Positions 50,059 through 61,895 of a stretch of DNA of 64,000 nucleotides are shown piece by piece. Where the stretch lies: contig NC_086097.1 in the NCBI RefSeq assembly GCF_963921235.1, positions 58,778,001 through 58,842,000 of the forward strand, given 5' to 3'. The notes below the pieces were generated by a model, which was given only the letters and a program-made list of their open reading frames with translations, was not told the DNA's origin and did not search any database. The first letter of the stretch is position 1, and each line of letters opens with the position of its first letter. A program made the translations under genes and the position numbers. The DNA is from Mobula hypostoma (taxonomy: Eukaryota).

Positions 50059-52950
50059 GTGAAAGAAGTGCATGGAGTAAAGCCAGATCTAACATACAGA
50101 GAGGCTTTGAGGAAAGAGAAGCAGAATAAACGGTGTAAAGACAGTAAGGTAGAAGGGCTGAAATGTGTGTACCTCAATGCAAGAAGCATCAGGAACAAAG
50201 GTGATGAACTGAGAGCTTGGATACATACATGGAATTATGATGTAATGGTTATTACAGAGACTTGGCTGGCACCAGGGCAGGAATGGATTCTCAATATTCC
50301 TGGATTTCAGTGCTTTAAAAGGGATAGAGAGGGTGCAAAAAGGGGAGGACGGGTGACATTACTGGTCAGTGATACTATTACAGCCACAGAAAGGGTAGGT
50401 AATGTAGCAGGATCCTCTTTTGAGTCAATATGGGTGGAAGTCAGGAACAGGAAGGGAGCAGTTACTCTACTGGGGGTATTCTATAGGCCTCCTGGTAGCA
50501 GCAGAGATACAGAGGAGCAGATTGGGAGGCAGATTTTGGAAAGGTGCAAAAATAACAGGGTTGTTATCATGGGTGACTTTAACTTCCCTAATATTGATTG
50601 GCACCTGATTAGTTCCAAGGGTTTAGATGGGGCAGAGTTTGTTAAGTGTGTCCAGGATGGATTCCTGTCACAGTACGTGGACAGGCCGACAAGGGGGAAT
50701 GCCATACTAGATCTAGTACTAGGTAATAAACCGGGTCAGGTCACAGATCTCTCAGTGGGAGAGTATCTGGGGGACAGTGACCACCGCTCCCTGGCCTTTA
50801 TAATTATCATGGAAAAGGATAGAATCAAAGAGGACAGGAAAATTTTTAATTGGGGAAAGGCAAATTATGAGGCTATAAGGCTAGAACTTGCGGGTGTGAA
50901 TTGGGATGATGTTTTTGCAGGGAAATGTACTATGGACATGTGGTCGATGTTTAGAGATCTCTTGCGGGATGTAAGGGATAAATTTGTCCGGGTGAGGAAG
51001 ATAAAGAATGGTAGGGTGAAGTAACCATGGGTGACAAGTCAGGTGGAAAATCTAGTCAGGTGGAAGAAGGCAGCATACATGAGGTTTAGGAAGCAAGGAT
51101 CAGATGGGTCTATTGAGGAATATAGGGAAGCAAGAAAAGACCTTAAGAAGCGGCTGAGAAGAGCAAGAAGGGGGCATGAGAAGGCCTTGGCGAGTAGGGT
51201 AAAGGAAAACCCCAAGGCATTCTTCAATTATGTGAAGGAAAAAAGGATGACAGGAGTGAAGGTAGGACCGATTAGAGATAAAGGTGGGAAGATATGCCTG
51301 GAGGCTGTGGAAGTGAGCGAGGTCCTCAATGAATACTTCTCTTCGGTATTCACCAATGAGAGGGAACTTGATGACGGTGAGGACAATATGAGTGAGGTTG
51401 ATGTTCTGGAGCATGTTGATATTAAGGGAGAGGAGGTGTTGGAGTTGGTAAAATACATTAGGACAGATAAGTCCCCGGGGCCTGACGGAATATTCCCCAG
51501 GCTGCTCTACGAGGTGAGAGAAAAGATTGCTGATCCTCTGGCTAGGAGCTTTATGTCCTCGTTGTCCACGGGAATGGTACCGGAGGATTGGAGGGAGGCA
51601 AATGTTGTTCCCTTGTTCAAAAAAGGTAGTAGGGATAGTCCGGGTAATTATAGACCAGTGAGCCTTACGTCTGTGGTGGGAAAGCTGTTGGAAAAGATTC
51701 TTAGAGAAAGGATCTATAAGCATTTAGAGAATTATGGTCTGATCAGGGACAGTCAGCATGGCTTTGTGAAGGGCAGATCGTGTCTAACAAGCCTGATAGA
51801 GTTCTTTGAGGAGGTGACCAGGCATATAGATGAGGGTAGTGCAGTGGATGTGATCTATATGGATTTTAGTAAGGCATTTGACAAGGTTCCACACGGTAGG
51901 CTTATTCAGAAAGTTAGAAGGCATGGGATCCAGGGAAGTTTGGCCAGGTGGATTCAGAATTGGATTGCCTGCAGAAGGCAGAGGGTGGTGGTGGAGGGAG
52001 TACATTCAGATTGGAGGATTGTGACTAGTGGTGTCCCACAAGGATCTGTTCTGGGACCTCTACTTATCGTGATTTTTATTTACGACCTGGATGTGGGGGT
52101 AGAAGGGTGGGCTGGCAAGTTTGCAGACGACACAAAGGTTGGTGGTGTGGTAGGTAGTGTAGAGGATCGTCAAAGGTTGCTGAGAGACATTGATAGGATG
52201 CAGAAGTGGGCTGAGAAGTGGCAGATGGAATTCAACCCGGAGAAGTGTGAGGTGGTACACTTTGGAAGGACAAACTCAAAGGCAGAGTACAAAGTAAATG
52301 GCAGGATACTTGGTAGTGTGGAGGAGCAGAGGGATCTGGGGGTACATGTCCACAGATCCCTGAAAGTTGCCTCACAGGTGGATAGGGTAGTTAAGAAAGC
52401 TTATGGGGTGTTAGCTTTCATAAGTCAAGGGATAGAGTTTAAGAGTCGCGATGTAATGATGCAGCTCTATAAAACTCTGGTTAGGCCACACTTGGAGTAC
52501 TGTGTCCAGTTCTGGTCACCTCACTATAGGAAGGATGTGGAAGCATTGGAAAGGGTACAGAGGAGATTTACCAGGATGCTGCCTGGTTTAGAAAGTATGC
52601 ATTATGATCAGAGATTAAGGGAGCTAGGGCTTTACTCTTTGGAGAGAAGGAGGATGAGAGGAGACACGATAGAGGTGTACAAGATAATAAGAGGAATAGA
52701 TAGAGTGGATAGCCAGCGCCTCTTCCCCAGGGCACCACTGCTCAATACAAGAGGACATGGCTTTAAGGTAAGGGGTGGGAAGTTCAAGGGGGATATTAGA
52801 GGAAGGTTTTTTACTCAGAGAGTGGTTGGTACGTGGAATGCACTGCCTGAATTAGTGGTGGAGGCAGATACACTAGTGAAGTTTAAGAGACTACCAGACA
52901 GGTATATGGAGGAATCTAAGGTTGGGGCTTATACGGGAGACAGGGTTTGA
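50059..52950 (+). pseudogene. CR1 ORF2 (APE endonuclease + RT) with one in-frame stop at 51022-51024
   Basis: YLNARSIRNK, ITETWL, FYRPP, MGDFNFP, GDSDH, then in the same frame KSPGPDG, MDFSKAFDKVPH, GVPQGSVLGP, KFADDTK. Confidence 0.93.
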
Positions 52951-53749
52951 CGGTCGACACAACATTGTGGGCTGATGGGCCTGTACTGTGCTGTACTATT
53001 CTATGTTCTATGTTCTATCCACCGTCTGCTGAGGGCCAGATCAGATGCATTCAAGTCTGGCAAGAAAGAAAGTTACAAGAGGTCCAGGTCTGATCTCTGA
53101 AAAGCTATCTCATGGGTGAACTGGCAATTCTGGAATAAGTTTGTATTAATGAAGGATGCTTGACTGTTGTGACAGGGCTTGAAAGCTATCACCTTTTATA
53201 AAGTAAAATCAAGTGTCAGAGGTCACAACAGGGCTTTGCTTCCAGATCAGTTCAATGTCTTCAATGGTCACTTTGACCATCAAAACATGGAGGAACCCTC
53301 AAGAACTCCCACAACCCTGATGATCCTGTGATTTCAGTCTCTGAGACTGACGTGTGAGCACCCTTCAGGAGGGTGAGCCCACAGAAAGCATCTGGTACAG
53401 ATGGGGTATCCGGTCGAGTACTAAGTACCTGTGCTGATCAGCTGGCTGCTGGAGTATTCACTGAGATCTTTAATCTCTTGCTTTGGCAGTCTGAGGTACC
53501 CACCTATTTCAAGCAGGATTCAATTCTACTGGTGCCAAAGAAGAACGTGGTGACTTGCCTCAATGATTATCATCCAGTAGCACTTACATCCACAGTGATG
53601 AAGAGTTTTGAGAGGATGGTGATGAAACATATCAACTCCTGCCTGAGAGGCAACTTGGATCTGGTCCAATTTGCCTACTGGCACAACAGGTCCACAGTAG
53701 ATGCCACCTCATTAGCTCTTCACTCAATCCTGGAACATGTGGACAGCAA

Positions 53750-54159
53750 TCTTTCTCCGTGGATTGTCACCTTGTCGCGGTGGAGAAGCTTGTGTGGTCC
53801 TGAGATCCCGAGAGCGATGCCGTCTAGAGCTGTGCTCCTGGTAGGGTCACCCATGGCAATAAGGTCGAGGGTGAGGTCCCTGACGAAGAACAATCCAACC
53901 AAGACCTCAGCGGTGGAACAGGCAGACGAAGTTACTTCAAACTCAATGGCTGTGAAGGCGAATGAAGGCTGCAACAAATCCATCAGCTCCAATCGTCGTG
54001 GTTTCCATGCCATTGGAATCAGTTGGTTGATTTGTGAAGTATCGTGTGGTTCTTGGAGTGCAACATCAAGTACAAGTCAAACAAATACACGCACAGGCAT
54101 CTTCGTTCTGTACGGAACGAAGACCATCATCCTTGACCTCGAGGGATAGCCACGACGAC
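53750..54159 (+). mobile_element. 410-bp non-autonomous RTE-type retroposon
   Basis: 9-bp TSD GGACAGCAA (53741-53749 and 54160-54168); RTE-like 5'UTR (caccttgtcgcggtgg..agggtcacccatgg..tgacgaag); (CGA)n tail; CpG-rich; no recognisable ORF. Confidence 0.85.
53752..53896 (+). ncRNA. Putative HDV-like self-cleaving ribozyme
   Basis: P1 TTTCTCC/GGAGAAG; P2 GGATTGTC/GAACAATCC with one bulge; P3 ACC/GGT around L3 TTGTCGC; J4/2 CGAA. Confidence 0.6.
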
Positions 54160-54605
54160 GGACAGCAAAGGTGTATACATCAGGATGTTCATTATTGACT
54201 ACAGCTTGGCATTCACTACTGTTGTACCCTCAAAACTAATCAATAAGCTTCAAGACCTTGGTCTCAATCCTTGATTTCCTCACTTGCAGACCCCCCACTC
54301 AGTTCAGATGGACAAAAACATCTCCTCCACAATCTCCATCAGTACAGGTACACCACAAGGCCAGTGCTCATCGGGGGATCAGAGGTGGAGAGGGCCAGCA
54401 ACTCTAAATTCCACAGTCTTATCATTTCAGAGGACCTGTCATGAACTCATTACATAAGTGCAATTACAAAGAAAGCACAACAGTGCCTCTACTTCCTTAG
54501 GAGTTTGCAAAGATTCAACATGACATCTAAAGCTTTGACAAACTCCTATAGCTGTGTGGTGGGGAGTATACTGATTGGCTGCATCACAGACTGGAATGGA
54601 AATAT

Positions 54606-55181
54606 TGTAACACACTGTAAAGTTTCACTGCTAATGTAATGGCTCCTCCGTAATGTTCCACTGCTAAGGTAATGGTTTCTCTTCAGCAGAAATGTTTGGG
54701 TTAAGACTAGAGATAACGGGGCATGCCAGCCAATGAGTGGGATGTTGTTCTTTCTTGTGTGTCTGGGAGTTGGGAATTCGCAGTCTTTTGCCAGGGAGAG
54801 ATGAGGAGAGAAGATGCGAATGGAGAGAGTTGGTAGACCTCGGACAGAGTGGACGTGGAGTGAGGGTCCGAAGGTCAGCGACGATTGGAGGAGGTTGATG
54901 GTGGACGAACGCCCTTATCAGTGAGCTCCAACCTTGCACAATAGACTGTTTCATGAGAATGGGCCTTTTTTCTTTTCTTTACTAACCATATAGTCAAATA
55001 AAGAACTACAAAGCTCAATCGTTTAATCGCATGCTGTTTGTTATTTTGTGGTACTGATTTGTAACAGGGGACACGTTGCGCTGTATCCACCAAAACAAGA
55101 TTTCTGAAGTTTGGCCAAGCTGGGGGAGTGGGGGTGGCTATCATCCCCTATATTAAGCCACTAGTGGAAGCAAGAGTTACA
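54606..55181 (+). mobile_element. Solo LTR, 576 bp
   Basis: TGTAAC...GTTACA termini; 4-bp TSD ATAT (54602-54605 and 55182-55185); aataaa at about 54997. Confidence 0.88.
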
Positions 55182-55576
55182 ATATCAATGCCTTTGAACA
55201 GAAAATCCTACAAAAGTAGTGGATACAGCCTAGTCCATCACAGGTAAAGCCCTCCCCACCATTGAACACCTCTACATGGAGCATTGTTTCAGGAAAGCCG
55301 CATCCATCATTAGGGACCTCCACTACCCAGGTCATGCTCTCCTCTCACTGTTGCTATCAGGAAGAAAGTACTAAAACCTCAGGACTCAGACCAGCAGGTT
55401 CAGGACCAGTTTTTGCTCCTCAGCTATTAAGCTGTTGAATCAAAGGGGATAACTTCATTCAACTTCACTTGCCCCATCACTGAAAAGTTTCCTCAATGTA
55501 TGTGCTCACTTTCAAGGACTCTCCTTCTCAAGTTCCCAGTATTTATTCTTTCTTTGTTAATTAATTAATTAATTAA

Positions 55577-58500
55577 AACAGTTTTATATTTTCTCAGCTC
55601 AAGCTGGTAAAACCTGAGGTATGGGCATAGCCAAGCATACTCATTATCAATTTCTAGCAACTTTCAGACTATAGTAGTGGTGGTTAATATTGTGGCTTTC
55701 TGGAGATTTACATAAATATTGTTGTGTCCGCCTAATTGTTTAATGCTGTTGAACAATATTGTGTAGTGACTTCGGAATGATACCAGTTGTAGATATTACT
55801 ATTGGGACAATGTATACTCTGTTTTTGTTCCATAATCTTTCAATTTCCTCTTTTAAGTCAGTATATTTCTGATGTTTTTTCCTTATTTATCTCTGTATGT
55901 ATTGTGTATTTGGAATGGCTATAATCTATTAAGTTGTTCTTGCTTGTTTATTCTGTAATATTATATCCGGATAGTTATTATGATTTATCCTATCTAATGA
56001 TTTGTAGGTTTCTGACTCTAACTCAAGATCTGGTTTGTATTTAGAGTAAGGTACTGTGTCTATCATGAGTTTGTATTTTAAAGCAAGATTTTGGTGAATG
56101 ATATCTGCCACTTGACTGTGCCGGTGCAATTAATCAGATAGAGTTAAACTGCTGCAGGATCCTGTAATGTGTTGGATAGTTTCTGGTTTCTCTAGCATTT
56201 TCTGCATCTTTTGTCTTGAATTTGTTGGTCTTTAATGATGTAATTTTGATAATTCTTGTGTTAATCACCTGGTCCTGTATTGCTACAAGGAACCCCTCTA
56301 TTTCTGGGAAGAAGTTTTCAACTCTGAGCCAGTCATTTAATGCCTTCTTGCCAACATTTTATCTGCTCAGATTGTGGTGATGTCTTCCATGGAGGGTCAT
56401 GCCCTTCCATTGGTTAATTTTTACTTCTATAGTAATAATTTATTTATTTTTTCTGGGTTGTGCTTTCATTTAAGTTAAATGGTGTGAACTTCTTATCAGA
56501 AATGCATATGCTTGCACAGTGTGCTGAATCCTGTTTTCATTGATGAAAATATATCCTTAGAAGTTTTACTTGACTGTTGTGGAATTTTTTTTCTTCCTCC
56601 TTCTGTCCAAAGTAGTGTTAATCTAAGTGTGTTTGTGTATACACAGTGTTTTCTAAAATTTATCATTTCAGTTCTTATTTTTCTTTGTAAATTTTAGAGA
56701 TCAGTTTCAGACCAAGATAATATGCCAAAAGAATAGGTTTATTGCCTTTGTTATAGTTTTACAATTGAACTCTTTTAGCAGATTTTCTTAAGCCTTGAAG
56801 TAAATTCTGTCAAAAGTTTTCCCCTTATCACATTATGATCTATTTTCTTTGCTTGTTGATATTCCAGATATGCGTATGTTTCATATTCATCCATTGGTTG
56901 TATTGTATTCTGCCTCTCTGTTTTATATTTTAATTTCTCTATTCTCCTTTCTTTATGTGTAATCTTCTGCACTTAACTAGTCCAACATTAATATTTATAT
57001 TTTTAGAAAATAGTTCTGCTATTTGAATTACTTACTTTAGCTGTTCTGATGAAGGAGTATAAATTTTAAACTGTCCCTTTATAGAAGGTGTGTTAAGGTA
57101 TAATTTGAATTGAATTTATTACTTATATCCTTTATATACATGAGGAGTAAAAATCTTTACATTACATCTCCGTTTAAATGTGCAACTATAGTAATTTAAA
57201 ATAAATATTATGTACAACAGGATAGTCAATATAACATAGAAATACAGTTGTGTCAGCATGAATTAAGCAGTCTGATGGCCAGGCGGAAGAAGCTGTCCCG
57301 GAGCTTGTTGGTCCTGGGTTTTATGCCGTGGTACTGTTTCCCAGATGGTACCAGCTGGAACAATTTGCGATTCGGGCGGCTCAGATCTCCAATGATCATT
57401 CGAGCTCTTTTTATGCACCTGTCTTTGCAAATGTCCTGAATAGTGGGAAGCTCACATCTACAGATGCGCAGGGTTGTCTGCACCACTCTCTGCAGAGTCC
57501 TGCAATTGAGGGAAGTACTGTTCCCATACCAGGCAGTGATGCAGCCAGTCAGGATGCTCTCAATCATGCCCCTCTAGAAAGTTCTTAGAATTTTGGGGGG
57601 CCATACCGAACTTCTTCGATCATCTGCGGTGAAAGAGGCGCTTTTGTGGCTTTTTCACCATACAGCTGGTATGTACAGACCACGTGAGATCCTCGGTGAT
57701 GTTTATGCCGAGGAACTTAAAGCTGTTCACCCTCTCAACCCCACATCCATTGATGTCTATAAGCATTAGCCTGTCTCCATTCCTCCTGTAGTCCACAACC
57801 AGCTCCTTTGTTTTTGTAACGTTGAGGGAGAGGTTGTTTTCTTGACACCAGTGTCAGGATGATGTCTTCCTCTCCGTAGGCTGCTTCATTATTATTTGAG
57901 ATTAGGACAATCAGTGTAGTGTCATCAGCAAATTTAATTAGCAGATTGGAGCTGTGGGTGGCGACACAGTCATAGGTATACTGAGGATAAAGGAGGGGGC
58001 TTCGTACACAGCCCTGAGGGTCAGAGAGACAGAGGTGAGGGAGCCCACTCTTACCACCTGCCGGTGATCTGACAGGAAGTCCAGGATCCAGCTACACAAG
58101 GCAGGGTGAAGGCCAAGGTCTCTGAGCTTCTTGCTGTGCTGAGATGGAATTATGGTGTTGAATGCTGAACTGTAGTCCAAGAACAGCACTCTCACATAAA
58201 CATCCCTCTTCTCCAGATGTGTAAAGGATAGTGTGTAGCTCTGAAGCTATTGCATGGTCTGTTGATCAGTTGTGTCAGTAGGTGAATCGTAGGAAGTCCA
58301 GTGTGGGTGGCAGCATACTGCAGGTGTAGTCCTTGACCAGCCTCTGAAAGCATTTGCTTATTATTAAGGTGAGTGCGACTGGACGCCAGTCATTCAGTCA
58401 TGTTACCTTGGTCTTTTTGTGGTTGTTTGTTTGGCTGTTTCTGATTTGATACCTTATTTTCATATGATCAGTAGATTTGAAAGCAGGTTTAAAGCTGGAC

Positions 58501-58865
58501 AAAACCATAGTGGGCTTAGAGAGTTGCCCTGGAAAATGCCTCAGTTTATTTTGGTCACAGTGCTTGTTATTTTTTGGAAGTTAATGGATAGGATGATTAT
58601 TGTACGCCATTGCTTCATCAGATGTTGTAGGAATTTCACAAGCACTGGGTGTATTAAGAACTTCTACTGATATGTGTGGGACAGAATCAAATGCTTTTTG
58701 GTAGTCAATATACAAACATGAAAGATTTTTGCTTTTATGCTGGGCTTAATTTAGAATTACAGAATCTATTATTAGTTGTTCTTTAGATCCTTTCTGTTCT
58801 TCTGTAAGTATATTGTGGTTATCTAAGTGAGTGGTGATTAGTTGCAAGATGCATGATGTTACAAT
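55577..58865 (-). mobile_element. R4/Dong-like non-LTR retrotransposon, 5'-truncated and decayed, split by a Rex1
   Basis: YIDYQKAFDSVPH (about 58700), GIFQGNSLSPLWF (about 58520), YAYLEYQQAKKIDH, HRHSQVADIIHQNLA..NNYPDIIL..IAIP (restriction-like endonuclease). Confidence 0.82.
57105..58418 (-). mobile_element. Rex1/Babar 3' fragment nested in the R4/Dong element
   Basis: VLFLDYSSAFNTIIP..LCSWILDFL, KFADDTT, IESILTGCITAWYG; tail aataaattcaattcaa on the minus strand. Confidence 0.88.
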
Positions 58866-58987
58866 TATAATAATAATTATTATTATTATTTCCCCTTTCT
58901 CTTTGTAGTCTTTGTATATGCACTTTTGTTGTCTTTTGCAAACCGGTTGTACACCGAGTTGGTGCAGTTTTCATTAATTCCATTATG

Positions 58988-59881
58988 TGTAACTAGGTGA
59001 CCGTTGAATATCATATTTTTATTATTAAGGTACACTTATGTATTTACCCTGGTAATGCTAAAATAGTTACCCATGCCTTTAAGAGATAACAGTGACATCA
59101 TTTTGCACAGGTGGAACAGAACGAAGAGTTGCCATGTTCTAGAGAGAACGACATTCATGTGCGTTTCCCAGGTCTGGGGAGGAAAGTTGAATAATATTTG
59201 ATAATATTCATGTAAATTCATTTAGACTTGTTTGTAAATCTAGAATATTGGTAATTTGATGTTTTACATGTGAATGCTTTAGATTTTCGCAAGTAAATTG
59301 ATCAGTGCTGGACTAGTGCGGTTTTGTGAATTACCTTATTGGCCTAATAGGTTAGTTTTTTTAGGAATTCAACTACAAGGCAATATAATGTAAAGGTTCT
59401 TGTAAAAGTTTATCTTGTCTTTCCTTATTGTTTCATGACCGAATGTGAATATGGTAATCTCTGTTTACATAGTGTGAGTGAGGAGAACTCATTTCAGGGT
59501 CTAGCCTATATGTGTTTGGAAGTAAAGCATTGTGTGTCAAAGTGAATATATCTCTTAGCTAAGGTGAGATGTATTTATTCGTATTTCTTTTGTTGTGTAT
59601 AAAGTACAGGGTTGGTGGGATTCTAACGTCGTTTGCAGTTTTTTTTAGAATTGCCACTGTATGGGTTTTGTAAATTTTGTTTTCGTTATTTTCATATTGC
59701 AGAGGTAACAATGGTATGGTCCAAAATTAAGCTGAGATTGTAACAGTGAGAACTGTATCTTTTAAAAATTTATTTCATTATTTTTATTTTGATACCCTCT
59801 TTCTGCATTAAAACATCGAAAACAGATAAAGACCCAAAAAATTTGTTGTCCTGCGTATGTGATTTTCCCCAGGCTATAAAA
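58988..59881 (+). mobile_element. Probable old solo LTR, 894 bp
   Basis: Interrupts the Rex1 3'UTR with duplicated TATG (58984-58987 and 59882-59885); starts TGTAAC; right terminus is degenerate. Confidence 0.55.
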
Positions 59882-59972
59882 TATGGTAATTGGATTTATT
59901 GAGTATGCCCACAGGAAAATTAATATCAGGGTGGCATATATGTACTTTGATTAAAAAAATTACTTTGAACTT

Positions 59973-60260
59973 TGGAGGTCCATTCTTTTAACTTCGCACT
60001 TAACTCCCTTAATTTGCTTTGCAAGACCTCATTATCCTTTCTGTTTATGTCATTGGTACCAGTGTGGATGCTCTGGCTGCTCACCTTTTCCCTTAAGAAT
60101 GCTATGGACTCGCTCCAAGGCGTCATTGACACTAGCACCTGGGATGCAACAGTGTCTGAGAGTCTTGATCCATCCACAGAAACCTGTCTATTCCCCTATC
60201 CAATGAATCCCTTATCATGGACAGTCACCTCTTTTTTTCTAAGTCATAGAGCCAGGTTCA
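59973..60260 (-). mobile_element. CR1 ORF1 esterase fragment
   Basis: IHTGTNDINRKDNEVLQSKLRELSAKLKEWTSK. Confidence 0.75.
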
Positions 60261-60879
60261 GAAAAGAAACAGGTCTAATTTCCTATATGGAGACACCAAC
60301 TCAATATGACTCTCTAAATGAGGGGATGCCTGCTGCTTGGCCAGACCAATGTGGTCATGTTACCAATTTCTCTCTGCTCAGGGAAGATGTTCATTCTCCT
60401 ATTGGATCTCCTGTGACAACTCCAAATACAGCTGTATTTGGCAGTTTCAGCTATTATGACCACCTGAATTAACTCAGGTATGAACTATTGTGACCTATAT
60501 TACAACAGGCAGAGTGATCCAGGTACAGCTACAGTACGTGCCTAGGCCTTCTCCTGCAACATGTACAGATCTCAGTGACCACTTCCATGCAAACTTAGCT
60601 TCTGCTTATATTTCTCTTCTGTGAGGGGATCAAAGGAGTATTTATCATAAAGGATTCTTGAAAATGCCTCCCTTGGATGGAACCTCGTTTCCCCTCCTTC
60701 TGCTCCTTTCCAGTGATGGTTGAAGTCCACCAGGTCCCAATTAAATACCCAACCTTCCATTTTTTGAAGGAATAGTCATTCTGCACCTCGACCTTCACAA
60801 GAGGTTTTATCAATTCTGCAGCTCCGCTCAGTTGGGCAAGGTCTTCCCAACTCAGTAGGCAACCTATTCGCAGGTACAC

Positions 60880-60980
60880 GAGCAACACACAAAGGTGCTG
60901 GAGGAACTCATTGTGGGTCCAGCACTGATGGAGGGAAATCAGCAGTCAGCTTGTCAGGTCAGGACCCTTTATCAGGACTG
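60880..60980 (-). repeat. Penelope-derived terminal repeat with hammerhead remnant
   Basis: Reverse complement reads agtcctgataaagggtcctgacctgacaagctgact. Confidence 0.7.
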
Positions 60981-61261
60981 GATTTTCAGCTTCTTGTAAA
61001 TACAGATACAAGAGCATGCCTATGAGTATAATGGGTGGGGAAAGATAAGTGGATACATTTCCTAAACTTGAGTACATGGGTGTTATTTCCCCTGGTGCTC
61101 AGACTAGTTCTCTTGCCCCTGGTTTACTTTGTACTTGAGGTGCATTTATATAGACTGAGTAAAGGGACAGTGTGAGAGCAGTATTGCATGAATATCAATA
61201 ACACCATGTGCCCAGCTCCCTTGTACAGAGCAGTTTAATTCATTCTATTAAGGAGGCTGGC

Positions 61262-61638
61262 TACCTACCGAATGTTGAAAGGACAGAGTGGATGTGGAGA
61301 GGATGTTTCCTATGGTGGAGGTATCCAGAACTAGAGGGCATACCCTCAAAATTGAGGGGTGACCCTTTAGAACAGAGGTAATGAGGAATATTTTTGATCA
61401 GAGAGTAGTGAATCTGTGTGATGCTCTGCCCCAGACTGCGATGGAGGCTAAGTCCATGGGTATATTTAAGGCGGAAGTTGATCATTTCTTGGTCGGTCAG
61501 GGCATCAAAAGATATGGCGTGAAGGCAGGTGTATGGAGTTGAAGGGGATCTGGGATCGGCCATGATGGAATGGCGGAGCAGACTTGATGGGCTGAATGGC
61601 TTAATTCTGCTCCTATGTCTTATGCTCTTATGGTCTAT
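61262..61638 (+). mobile_element. CR1 3' fragment
   Basis: Aligns with 20185-20540 and 34180-34525; tail ctatgtcttatgctcttatggtct. Confidence 0.85.
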
Positions 61639-61895
61639 ATTTAAAGTGATTTTCATTCACAATTAAAATTCTGGGCAAAACCTGTTGCTTTGAAGGAAAT
61701 AGTTAATTGTGATATATTTTCTACATCTTTGGACATATGCTTTCCATTCATTTGTTTCATTCTGACCTTAAGATGGAATGCCATTTGCAGTCCTGTTTAC
61801 CTAAAAGCAATAATAAAGCAGTAATGGATAGAAAACAAACAAAAGCCAAGAAAGAACATCTTGAAGATTTTAAAAAATTTACAAACCACATAATA

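Larger units (their letters stand above)
49683..53016 (+). mobile_element. CR1 LINE of about 3.3 kb (3' part of ORF1, all of ORF2, tail)
   Basis: TSD or microhomology ATCCA (49678-49682 and 53017-53021); (TTCTATG)n tail. Confidence 0.95.
49400..59972 (+). mobile_element. Rex1/Babar LINE fragmented by at least five nested insertions
   Basis: Collinear pieces 49400-49682, 53017-53749, 54160-54605, 55182-55556, 58870-58987 and 59882-59972; KASGTDGVSGRVLSTCADQLA..; tail ttactttgaactttg at about 59960-59972. Confidence 0.85.

Noticed and set aside
40412..52260. Antisense ORFs overlapping the young CR1 copies
   Set aside because: These are shadow frames of the CR1 ORF2 sequences.
53373..54149. 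258-aa ORF as a novel fusion protein
   Set aside because: It is a chance read-through from a decayed Rex1 RT frame into the TSD-bounded non-coding insert.
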